Source: a plasmid. From it: a stretch of DNA of 64,000 nt. The notes beneath the pieces were generated by a model. That model searched no databases. It saw only the letters and a program-made list of their open reading frames with translations, and had not been told where the DNA came from. Below, one piece after another: positions 48,701 through 56,584 of the stretch. The position numbers were made by a program, and so were the translations under genes. The stretch lies in sequence record NZ_CP020429.2, one strand, 5' to 3'. Positions within the stretch are counted from its first letter, which is position 1. Each line of letters begins with the position of its first letter.

Positions 48701-49826
48701 GATTCACTTCTTCTTTAAGGATAATATCACGAGGTTCTAGTCTCTCCACTTCGAAAGGCACTGTTACTTTTGATAGTGCTTCTTGAAGCTCTGAAGCTAA
48801 GTCAAAGGAGCTATCTACCACAAGATCCAGTGTTCCACCATTGAAATGACGTACCTGATAATCACCTAGAACACAAGGATTTTTACAAATAGCATCCTGG
48901 AAGAAATAGGGATTGAGTGAGACACGTTTATCAAAGGGGAGTTTATTTCTATCTGAAGACCAGAAGTCGATATTAGTATCGGGAACAGGGATAAAAGCTC
49001 CTTTTTGGAAAAAGAGGATATCTGTTACCACTCGTGTTCCAGCATCTTTAAAAGCAGTATTTGGTAAGCGGACACCACCTAAAAACTGAGTTCCACTACG
49101 ACGGAGTTCTGGCAGAATTGAACCAGCACTCTTATCTGCAGTACCAGTTGAAGTGATAGCTGCAACCATCCCATGATAGGGTACCAAATCGATAGCTTTC
49201 TTAAAGAAGTAATCATGAATACGATAAGGTTTATTATCATAAGCCTTATCGACAATGCGAACATCCGCAAACGGAACATTCGTAATGACCAAGTCAAATG
49301 GTGTCCCTTCAAAGTTTACTGTTTCAAATCCTTGGACTAAAACAGTAGCATCTTGATGAAGGTGTTTAGCAATAGCACCTGTAACGGTATCAAGTTCAAT
49401 TCCATAAAGAGTAGAATTCTTCTTGATATCCTCTGGCATTGTTTCAAAGAAGATACCAGTACCCATTGATGGATCAAGAATATTACCTCCTTTAAAACCA
49501 CTTTCTACAATCTTATCCCACATTGCAGTAGCAATCTCTGGACTTGTGTAGTAAGCCGTTAAGGAGCTCATTTCCATCGCACGATATTCTTCTTTAGTGA
49601 CAAGACTTTTTAGCTCATCACGTTCTTTTGCAAAACGATTAATCTTACTATCAAAGAAATCGTTAGCAAGTCCTCCCCAACCAACATAGTTAGAGAGAAT
49701 TTCTTGTTCGGCACTGTCAGCTAGACGGTTATCTGATTCTAGTGCTTTCACAAGTTTAATGGCAGAAAGGTTAGCTTGAACCTTTTCTGCTTTAGTCATT
49801 GTTTTATTTTGTTTTTGTTCTTCCAT
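45720..49826 (-). CDS. N6-adenine DNA methyltransferase fused to an SNF2-family helicase (N-terminal 1368 aa of a roughly 1830-aa protein); frameshifted
   Basis: MTase motif I ILDPSMGTGIFF; motif IV ITNVPFADV; helicase motif I LAHEVGTGKTLT; DEAH box MLFVDEAHGYKN; SNF2 motif III ATGTPVSNS. Confidence 0.85.
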   Translation of the reverse strand: MEEQKQNKTMTKAEKVQANLSAIKLVKALESDNRLADSAEQEILSNYVGWGGLANDFFDSKINRFAKERDELKSLVTKEEYRAMEMSSLTAYYTSPEIATAMWDKIVESGFKGGNILDPSMGTGIFFETMPEDIKKNSTLYGIELDTVTGAIAKHLHQDATVLVQGFETVNFEGTPFDLVITNVPFADVRIVDKAYDNKPYRIHDYFFKKAIDLVPYHGMVAAITSTGTADKSAGSILPELRRSGTQFLGGVRLPNTAFKDAGTRVVTDILFFQKGAFIPVPDTNIDFWSSDRNKLPFDKRVSLNPYFFQDAICKNPCVLGDYQVRHFNGGTLDLVVDSSFDLASELQEALSKVTVPFEVERLEPRDIILKEEVNHLDQDLLASLDIRLNEYACDKNGHVYYRDNTSIRPSSRAAEMIFYQDEQGQFVKYDDKYKEEAILDFEAAVEADPNIVTNTWVSQTPSKAAKSKGLYKGIYFYETPLTDTENKRIRGMVAIKNAYQAIIDIQMTTDYDEGKFKQLLATLNQAYDTFKKKYGYINQAVNARLFDRDDRYPLIASLELEELDENDSSKVVFVKSDAFKKPTIRPKKHLHQVMSAVEALNVSLSEGRGVDLNLMSSVYPDVSEDMMISELGETVMIDVERYIDDKTVHYVTKDKFLSGDVLAKRDCINSLIEDGDTQADWERYLELILSVVPEPVVLSDIDFSIGSSWIPSNVVSQWVFSELLDEKVGLHSEEAKSLLVTSRIGRGFNERLLNCYMSRQSNLRLGLRDEYNKSYSHATDIVAHLLTSNQPTIMRNFGTTENPIRKVDEVATANLRECERVLQESFKNFIHENPTVQEVIEDTYNEVFNRYVTRQYDGSLLEFDGLAKGVELRPHQKNAVQRILEERRALLAHEVGTGKTLTMISAAFKMKELGLIHKPLFVVPSSLTAQFGQEIMRFYPTKKVFVTTEQDFEKSRRRLFVSRILTSDYDGIVIGHSQFEKVRVSQEREQAFISEKIDELDEIIGYAKANDDKITFKQAQSMRRSLEANLETLLENKTGIDEFINFESLGIDMLFVDEAHGYKNVRPMTRLGNVAGITNRTSKKNMDMEMKVRVLQEEHDTRHVVFATGTPVSNSISEMYTMMNYLQPDVMEHFGVSFFDAWVGAFGIVENSLELNPTGDKYISRKRFAKFMNLPELMAIYRQTADIQMTEDLNLPVPMVEKVAVESQLTDNQKVYLDELVERSDRVKNGSVDPSEDNMLKITSEARKLALDMRLLDAEFYVRADADKLMQVVERVDKIYHMEAKHKGTQMIFSDLGTPNGKGFSVYQELKDLLVERGIPEEEIAFIHDAANKKAKLQLQRQMNAGEIRILMASTEKGEPVLTYNVV

Positions 49827-49883
49827 TGTTGTTCTTTCTCCTTAAAACTAAAAAAGACCTGGTATAATACCAAGTCTTTCTTT

Positions 49884-50579
49884 TTAGTTGTAGTATTTGT
49901 TTATACGACTCAAAAATATGTGAGCCTCTCGTGTTTTCCTGTTTTTGAGGAACTCAATAAAACTATCTTGAATGTCAAAAGAGAATGTTCCAGCCAGTTC
50001 ACATTGCTTATCAAAGCTTTTGCTGACTGTCATAGCTTTACTCTTACGAATAGCTACATGCGTGGGCATTGTTCTGGGAAAGGTAACTCCTAGAGAGTAA
50101 CCAAAATCAAACAAAGTTAATAGATATGGCGGTTCATCTTTAGAAAAGATAATCCCAAAGTTATTCCAGTGTCTATCAACATTTAAGGTTAAGCGATCAA
50201 TCTCAAAGAGTCTGGCAAATATCGAATCAAGCTCAGCTTCTGAAAAACCAATCTCAGCCAACTCTTTTTTCAAAAAGTTATACTGCTCTTGAGGTTGTTT
50301 CTTGGCTATTTGTTCGATATCTGATTCCGTATACCCCCTTTGTTGCAGCAAACGAAACATCGTAACGAAGCTTCCACCTTCTGGTATGAAATTTTGTGAA
50401 CGACAAAGATCACTACCTACTTTTTCGTAAGGTACATAATCTTTAATCCCACAACTTTTCAAAAACTCAGATACTAGAAACTCAGCTTCAGCTTCTCCAC
50501 CAAAAAAGTCTCTCTTATAGAAATAGTCATCTTTCAACCATTTCTCTTGAGTTCCTTTGCTAGAAGTAAATACAGTCAT
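49884..50579 (-). CDS. HipA-family Ser/Thr kinase core (C-terminal domain only)
   Basis: SSKGTQEKW resembles the HipA P-loop S.aGaQ.K; VDRHWNNFGIIF fits the catalytic D.H.KNfS loop; LFDFGYS is the DFG-like motif. Confidence 0.55.
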   Translation of the reverse strand: MTVFTSSKGTQEKWLKDDYFYKRDFFGGEAEAEFLVSEFLKSCGIKDYVPYEKVGSDLCRSQNFIPEGGSFVTMFRLLQQRGYTESDIEQIAKKQPQEQYNFLKKELAEIGFSEAELDSIFARLFEIDRLTLNVDRHWNNFGIIFSKDEPPYLLTLFDFGYSLGVTFPRTMPTHVAIRKSKAMTVSKSFDKQCELAGTFSFDIQDSFIEFLKNRKTREAHIFLSRINKYYN

Positions 50580-50589
50580 AGTATCTCTC

Positions 50590-51033
50590 CTATTTTCTAC
50601 TTAAATTAGGATGATGATCTTCTAAAACAAATGGCTCATCATTGAGTTCTGGTATTGATACCCAATAAAAATCATCAGTATCAAAACCGTGTGTCATAGC
50701 AATTTCGTGCCAGACATCGGGAGCTGTATAGGTATAACCTAAAAGTTCCTTTCGGTTTTTTCGTCCAAAATCAATTTGACGCCCTTTTAGAAAATCTACC
50801 ATACGTTCATAGGTGAATTCTGTGTTCAACAAAAAATCATCTTTCCTTTCAAACGTATCTAAGGTTTTACTGATTGTATCAACCAGGTATTTTCCAATCA
50901 TCTTTTTATTATTATAAAGAACAATAGTCAACTTCATGACGCTTCTCCCTGAATTATACATGAAATCACGTATAGTGTTATCTCTAGTATAACATGAAAA
51001 CGCAGTTGACTCATAATGAGTTCTCAGTTTCAT
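50590..51033 (-). CDS. hypothetical protein immediately upstream of the HipA-like core (possible HipS-like N-subdomain partner)
   Basis: 147 aa; 10-nt gap to the kinase gene; role inferred only from the split-HipA (HipBST) analogy. Confidence 0.4.
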   Translation of the reverse strand: MKLRTHYESTAFSCYTRDNTIRDFMYNSGRSVMKLTIVLYNNKKMIGKYLVDTISKTLDTFERKDDFLLNTEFTYERMVDFLKGRQIDFGRKNRKELLGYTYTAPDVWHEIAMTHGFDTDDFYWVSIPELNDEPFVLEDHHPNLSRK

Positions 51034-51348
51034 TTTTTCTCCTTTTATCTAAAACTCAATTTTAAGCTTTCCACAATGGGCTAAGAAAAGTTCTGCTTCT
51101 TTCTTTGCCTCTTCATCTGCAGCCTTGTTCCTTTCTCCTTTCAGTTGAATGATCCTATTGTTTTTCAATTCAAGAGTATAGAGAGGGGTTTCTCTGTGTG
51201 CCTTATCACGAACAAAGACAATAATAGAAGTTCCGTAGACAAAGTGTTTTTTTGCATAACTTCCAACACAATGATGTAGGTTTTTGCCTTCTTTGACAAT
51301 TTCACTTTCGTCTTTAGGAAAGATAAAAGCATACTTGTCAAATGCGGT

Positions 51349-52596
51349 CTAAGCCTTCATCATGTTTGTCAAACGTTTAGCTGTTTCAACCCTCAACTTC
51401 GCCTCTTTCTTTTCGTCCTCAAGGCGTTGTTTCTCTGCTCTCAAATCTCTGACAGCATTAGTTACACGTAAATATGTACCACGTGCTTGTTGATTCTCGA
51501 GAAGAGCTGAATAATTTTCTACGATCTCTGTATGTTTATTTTCCCAATTTTTGGGGATAACTACATAATCTCCATCAAATGGAATTCCCAGAGCTTCTAC
51601 CATTTCTTGATAGTCCTCATAATCACGAAGGGAGATATTGTTTTTCATCATCCAGTTAATAAAACGAATTGGTTTCACAGTGGATGGTATGATACTTTCC
51701 AAACGATTAATTAGTGGCTTCTTGTCAGAAATCATAGCGTTTATAATCAACTCATATAACCCCTCGAAGGTTCGACCATATCGTCTACGCAAATCTTCCT
51801 CGAAAAATGCCTTTTCAACATTTATATCCGTATTTTTTAGATACTGTTTATTCCTTCTGAGAAAATTCATAGTAACCTTACCCATATTTGCATGCTTATG
51901 TCCAAGACTACATGAGTAATAAGACCTATAAAACGTAGTACCTACCAATTCTTTGACGACTCCACGCGCCTTTATTTTTTGAGCGAATTCAATACGTTCT
52001 CGATATTTATAGATATGAGGTAGCACTGAGCTTATCTCGAAATTTTCTTTAATCACTTCATCAAAATCTAAGTATCTCAACTCAGATTTTGTTTGTAACT
52101 TTTCAATAAGATTTTCCATACCACCATAAAGCGTATAGACACTAAATGCACCAGAGCCAAAAAAGAGAGCATTTCTCTGATTTTGGAATCCAGTACTATA
52201 GGCTTCTTTACCTTCTTTAGCTGAAAAATATGGATCCCAGTGTGCTTTTACCATCTTATTGTTGGCAAGCTGATAAAAGTTATAAAGGCTGACGTCAAAC
52301 TTTTCTTTTCCTTCTTCAAATGATTGAGTCACTGCATACATTTGCATTTCAATGCGCTTCTTTGTGACTCCCATCCAGACAAAGTAAAAAGTATCTCCTA
52401 CAAAGGTTAAACGGCTGTTAAGTGATAAGCGTTTTGTAACCTTTTCCGAGAATTTTTTTCGGTCAGAAGAGATAATTGTCTTAGACTTATTTGACCATTC
52501 ATAGATAGGAAAATTATTCTTCGCCCATTTGAAAAATCCGTTAGGAACTTTTAAACGATTATCTACGATTTCTTGAATATTCTCTGCTTTTGTCAT
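51349..52596 (-). CDS. hypothetical protein, possibly PcfJ-like; the same frame continues past an in-frame TAG to about 51049
   Basis: After the amber codon at 51349-51351 the frame reads ...EGKNLHHCVGSYAKKHFVYGTSIIVFVRD..., resembling the conserved C-terminal block of PcfJ-like proteins (recalled from memory). Confidence 0.5.
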   Translation of the reverse strand: MTKAENIQEIVDNRLKVPNGFFKWAKNNFPIYEWSNKSKTIISSDRKKFSEKVTKRLSLNSRLTFVGDTFYFVWMGVTKKRIEMQMYAVTQSFEEGKEKFDVSLYNFYQLANNKMVKAHWDPYFSAKEGKEAYSTGFQNQRNALFFGSGAFSVYTLYGGMENLIEKLQTKSELRYLDFDEVIKENFEISSVLPHIYKYRERIEFAQKIKARGVVKELVGTTFYRSYYSCSLGHKHANMGKVTMNFLRRNKQYLKNTDINVEKAFFEEDLRRRYGRTFEGLYELIINAMISDKKPLINRLESIIPSTVKPIRFINWMMKNNISLRDYEDYQEMVEALGIPFDGDYVVIPKNWENKHTEIVENYSALLENQQARGTYLRVTNAVRDLRAEKQRLEDEKKEAKLRVETAKRLTNMMKA

Positions 52597-52654
52597 TGTT
52601 TTTCTCCTTAATTAATAAAAAATGGCCCTAGGACCATTTTTCTATTTATTGTTG

Positions 52655-53161
52655 TTAAAATTCGCCTTCTTCAACAGATAAATCTGAAAAAAGATCTAAC
52701 TGTTTCTCATCCTTTTCAGGAGTTTTCTTAGTTGGGATTTTCTTTTTAGTTTCTGTTTTAGTTAGGCTCTTATTCTGTTTCTTTTTTGGCTTCTTAGTTG
52801 GTTGCTTGGTTGATTTCTTACTACCAGTAGTCATTTTTCCTACAACTGATTTAGTCTCAACTTTTTCAGCAGTAAAATACTCCTTAACCCAAGAAAAGAC
52901 TGTAGCATCATCAACCATAGCACCTTGACCATTTCTATAGTCAGATTTACTGGCTTTTCTGATACAGTAACCCATAGCATCCTTAATCGTACGATCAAGA
53001 TGTTTGAGAATTCCAGCAATCAGCTCATCATCCTCTTGATGATCAACTATCCAATTATGAATAGCATCCTCAGTCGGTGTGTGAGCTTCTGCCATTTCAT
53101 CATCAAAATGGCTTACTGCCATGAAGCGGTCAAAAGCATCAATCTTAATTTTATCTGTCAT
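52655..53161 (-). CDS. hypothetical protein with a lysine-rich C-terminal tail
   Basis: 168 aa; acidic N-terminal domain plus K/T-rich tail. Confidence 0.5.
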   Translation of the reverse strand: MTDKIKIDAFDRFMAVSHFDDEMAEAHTPTEDAIHNWIVDHQEDDELIAGILKHLDRTIKDAMGYCIRKASKSDYRNGQGAMVDDATVFSWVKEYFTAEKVETKSVVGKMTTGSKKSTKQPTKKPKKKQNKSLTKTETKKKIPTKKTPEKDEKQLDLFSDLSVEEGEF

Positions 53162-53176
53162 TGTTTTTCTCCTCTT

Positions 53177-53989
53177 TTATTTAACCAAAGCTACGTTTCG
53201 TTTCCCATCTTGTCCTTGTTTCATTTCTAAAACATCATGTGGGATTGAAAAGTCATCTTGATAGGCTGTTGTAACAACACTTAATCCTGCAGAAACAGCC
53301 TTAAGTACTGCTTCTACTTCTTCTCGTGTATTAGCTTCACCAATAAACAAGACATTAGGATTAAAGCGTGGGACTAAAGTGACCAGAGCATCATAGTCCA
53401 TACGGTTAACCTCATTGACTTGTAGCTGGCTAAAAGATACATCCTTAATTTCGACATGTCTTTCGATTGTTATTACTTTACCTTCTTTAAAAGCCTCAGA
53501 AAGTAACAAGTAAGCTAAAGTCGTTTTGCCAACACCTGCACAACCAGTAATGACGTGCAATCCTGGAATACGTACTTGTTCAATCACATTTTCCAAACCA
53601 CTATCAACATCAAAGTCACGCAAAGAGATTCGATGCTCCTCTCCATTGATGCAAGTTTTAGGATAATCTAAAAGTCGGATAGACATCGTTTCTAGGCCTT
53701 GAAAATTACCTATCGTCGATATCCTTATGGCGATAACTCTACCATCATCCAACTGATAGTCACAAGTTCCTAGCTGACCACGACGTTTTTCAATCACATT
53801 CATATCCGCTAGGCATTTCATATGACTAAATAGAGCATCCGCATCTTCTGATGAAATGTGGTCATAGACCTGTTTAACATCAGCTTTTCTAAATGCCACT
53901 TCGTAATCTTCACCATGCGGGAAGAAGGTAATATCTTGAGCTCCGTTATTAATAGCTTCTTTTAGTACCATTTTAATGTAAGTAATCAT
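53177..53989 (-). CDS. ComGA/GspE/PilT-family secretion/competence ATPase homologue (compact, orphan)
   Basis: AQDITFFPHGEDYEVAFR, CLADMNVIEKRRGQLGTCDYQL and IAIRISTIGNFQGLETMSIRLL match ComGA/GspE N-terminal blocks; Walker A GCAGVGKTT; QLQVNE...LFIGE fits the Asp/His box region. Confidence 0.8.
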   Translation of the reverse strand: MITYIKMVLKEAINNGAQDITFFPHGEDYEVAFRKADVKQVYDHISSEDADALFSHMKCLADMNVIEKRRGQLGTCDYQLDDGRVIAIRISTIGNFQGLETMSIRLLDYPKTCINGEEHRISLRDFDVDSGLENVIEQVRIPGLHVITGCAGVGKTTLAYLLLSEAFKEGKVITIERHVEIKDVSFSQLQVNEVNRMDYDALVTLVPRFNPNVLFIGEANTREEVEAVLKAVSAGLSVVTTAYQDDFSIPHDVLEMKQGQDGKRNVALVK

Positions 53990-54390
53990 TGTTTTTCTCC
54001 TTGTTCCGTTTCTAGTAACAGCTTTAACTCTGCAGCTTCTTTCTGCAATTCACGAATCGTACTCAACAACTCGTAACGTTTGGAAAGAACCTTATCTCTA
54101 TCAAGAATGGTAGTTTTATTGATAAGGTCAACCTTATCAATTTTATACAGTTTACAGAGCTTAGAAAATTGTGGTTCTTTAGGAATAGACCGTCCTTTTT
54201 CATAATTATTGACAGTTCCTTTAAAAACCCCAATTCTATTTGCAACGTCTTGAAGAGATAGAGGTCTATCTAATTCTTTCCTAGCTGTTTCTAGTATTGA
54301 ACCTAATGCCACTCTATCTAAAGTGTAAAAAGGTTCCAAATATTTCTTGACCGTCATTTCAGTCATTGTTTTTCTCCTCTCAGAACTCAA
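53986..54390 (-). CDS. XRE-family HTH protein
   Basis: LQDVANRIGVFKGTVNNYEKGRSIP is an HTH_XRE; overlaps the neighbouring genes (operon). Confidence 0.7.
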   Translation of the reverse strand: MSSERRKTMTEMTVKKYLEPFYTLDRVALGSILETARKELDRPLSLQDVANRIGVFKGTVNNYEKGRSIPKEPQFSKLCKLYKIDKVDLINKTTILDRDKVLSKRYELLSTIRELQKEAAELKLLLETEQGEKQ

Positions 54391-55864
54391 ACAAGCTTAA
54401 CTGTTCTCCTTCAGTTGTTGGTTTATCTTCAAGTGGCTTTCGACAAGCTACTAGTGTTTTTGGCTCCTTCTCAACCTTATAAATAGGTTGCATTGCACGA
54501 TAGTTCTCAAAGAACGTGTCAAAAAATGCAAACAAAAGGTGTCGACATTGCCTCAAAGCTCTATACTCTAATCGAGTATAGTAAGTAGCTTCATCAGATA
54601 GCAGTTCTGAATCTTTGGTATAAGTTTCAAAAACCCACCATTCAAAGCCACGTGCAAACACTTCAGTCGGGGTCAAATAATAATCCAACTTCTTCTTAAT
54701 ATGAACAGCTTGAGCTAAGTCCGTTCTGGTTTCCTCTGCTATTTGAATAAGTTTCAGCAAGCTAGCCTTGTAGATATAACGAATATCTTTAAAGCTATGA
54801 GACGTAGAACTAATGATTCCAGCTTTATCATACGTATAGTCTAAATAATGACCATACTCATGGATGAAGGATGAGGAATCTCTTACATCAACTGCCATGA
54901 TATTTAACCCTGGCACATAAAGTCCGCTTGCTTTATGTTTTCCTAGCTTTCGGAATTTGAGTTCGGGCTCTACAGTAGAATGAGGTAAGTGATTACACAA
55001 CTTCTCCCATTCTTTCTCTAGAACCCTGAATTTCTCCTTGTCAAAATCACGACCTCGATAACGCTCGGTATCTACTTCGACCTTTGAAAACCCTAAATCA
55101 AGAAATGTCGTGTTACTGTTCATTTCATGATCTTGAAAGATTTTATCCTCACGCACACTGGCTATCGTCTTAGTTGACTGATTAACATATTGTGCATTTA
55201 GGTTTGCTGCAAGTGCATCTTCATACTCTCTTTTTAGAACGTTAGCTATTTTTTGGATATTTCCATAATAACTACATTCCTTGTAGATCCCTTCACTATG
55301 GATAGACATCAACTCAAGAAAGCTAAAAGATACTAGTCCATACCTCGTTTGAGAACTACTCTCTCTCCAAAAGCTTAGGTTTTTCTTCAAAGGTACTCTA
55401 ACCTTTGAATCGTCGACAATGAGAAGATACAAAGTGCGTTTGGTATCTTCTGCACTTTTAGTAGCAGGTAATCTACTCCCATGGAGTGTGAGAAGAATCT
55501 GTTCACCGAAAAGGTATTCCTGATTTTCTTCATCCCTCAAGCTCATGCCCTCGAACAGTCTTTTTAGTTTATTCGAAAAATGTGCTTGATCATAACCAAT
55601 GGTTTCAATATCAGCCATGATGTCTTTGACTTTATAGGCTGTATAGACATTATCTTGTCCGAATACCTCTACTGCTAGTGCTCCGACTTCTTGAGATAAA
55701 AGTTCATGACATTGATATCTGCGGATATTCGCATAGTAAGTACAAAACTTTCTCACGATATCTGCAGCTTTATCAGTCTCTTTTATCTTAGGAAAAGTGA
55801 CTTTTTTAGTCGTTTGTTGTGCTACTGCTAGTAAATTTGCCATTGTTTTTCTCCTTAATAGCAA
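54380..55864 (-). CDS. hypothetical protein with an HExxH zinc-metallopeptidase motif
   Basis: FIHEYGHYLDY motif; 494 aa. Confidence 0.6.
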   Translation of the reverse strand: MLLRRKTMANLLAVAQQTTKKVTFPKIKETDKAADIVRKFCTYYANIRRYQCHELLSQEVGALAVEVFGQDNVYTAYKVKDIMADIETIGYDQAHFSNKLKRLFEGMSLRDEENQEYLFGEQILLTLHGSRLPATKSAEDTKRTLYLLIVDDSKVRVPLKKNLSFWRESSSQTRYGLVSFSFLELMSIHSEGIYKECSYYGNIQKIANVLKREYEDALAANLNAQYVNQSTKTIASVREDKIFQDHEMNSNTTFLDLGFSKVEVDTERYRGRDFDKEKFRVLEKEWEKLCNHLPHSTVEPELKFRKLGKHKASGLYVPGLNIMAVDVRDSSSFIHEYGHYLDYTYDKAGIISSTSHSFKDIRYIYKASLLKLIQIAEETRTDLAQAVHIKKKLDYYLTPTEVFARGFEWWVFETYTKDSELLSDEATYYTRLEYRALRQCRHLLFAFFDTFFENYRAMQPIYKVEKEPKTLVACRKPLEDKPTTEGEQLSLFEF

Positions 55865-55980
55865 AAAGGAAGGTAAAGCTTAAAGCTACTACCTTCCTCT
55901 TTCTCTTATATGTACTATGTACGATACACTATGAACTATACATAGTATGACATACAATTTATTGCGTAAAAAAAGGAAAC

Positions 55981-56553
55981 CTAATTATTGTTATCAAGTT
56001 TCCTTGCATAATCTCGTTTGTGACTCTCTATATTTCGAAAAATATCATTCTTATCCCAGATTTGTAATTCCCAAGGATAATAGAAATGACTCTTGTTTTT
56101 AAAGTAGAGATGGATGCCTGTATAGTCTTCAGTATCTTTTAAATACCAATTTTTAAGACCGTATTCTTCCTTCCAATCATCTAAACAATCCATCACTTCA
56201 GTAATGACAGATGTTGGCAAAATGACACGTGCTCCAAAAATATCATTTAAAACCGAATTTACTGGATACCCTTCTGCTCTTTTAGTAAAACGCTCAATCT
56301 TATCTAAAATAGATTCAGATGTCTTCACTCGATAGAAGTAACTAATATCGCTGACATCTGCTACCATCAAATAATCGTTGATAGATTCGTGCAGATTCAA
56401 ACGATATTTTAGAATCTCATCAACTGGCACCTTCGCAAAAGTGTGATTAAGATTGACTTTAGCAAGTTTACCACTTTCAAAATACTCTTCTGAATACTTT
56501 ATATGAATGGTGTTGATTTCAAAGATCAGTCGCTCTACTTTCTTGATATTCAA
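55981..56553 (-). CDS. RelA/SpoT-domain nucleotidyltransferase (small alarmone synthetase-like; candidate toxSAS)
   Basis: RVKTSESILDKIER, NDIFGARVIL (D..G.R), YTGIHLYFK and WELQIWD...HKRDYARK align with SAS/RelQ synthetase blocks as I recall them. Confidence 0.55.
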   Translation of the reverse strand: MNIKKVERLIFEINTIHIKYSEEYFESGKLAKVNLNHTFAKVPVDEILKYRLNLHESINDYLMVADVSDISYFYRVKTSESILDKIERFTKRAEGYPVNSVLNDIFGARVILPTSVITEVMDCLDDWKEEYGLKNWYLKDTEDYTGIHLYFKNKSHFYYPWELQIWDKNDIFRNIESHKRDYARKLDNNN

Positions 56554-56584
56554 CCCTTATACGTCTCCAAATAATTTTTCTTCA

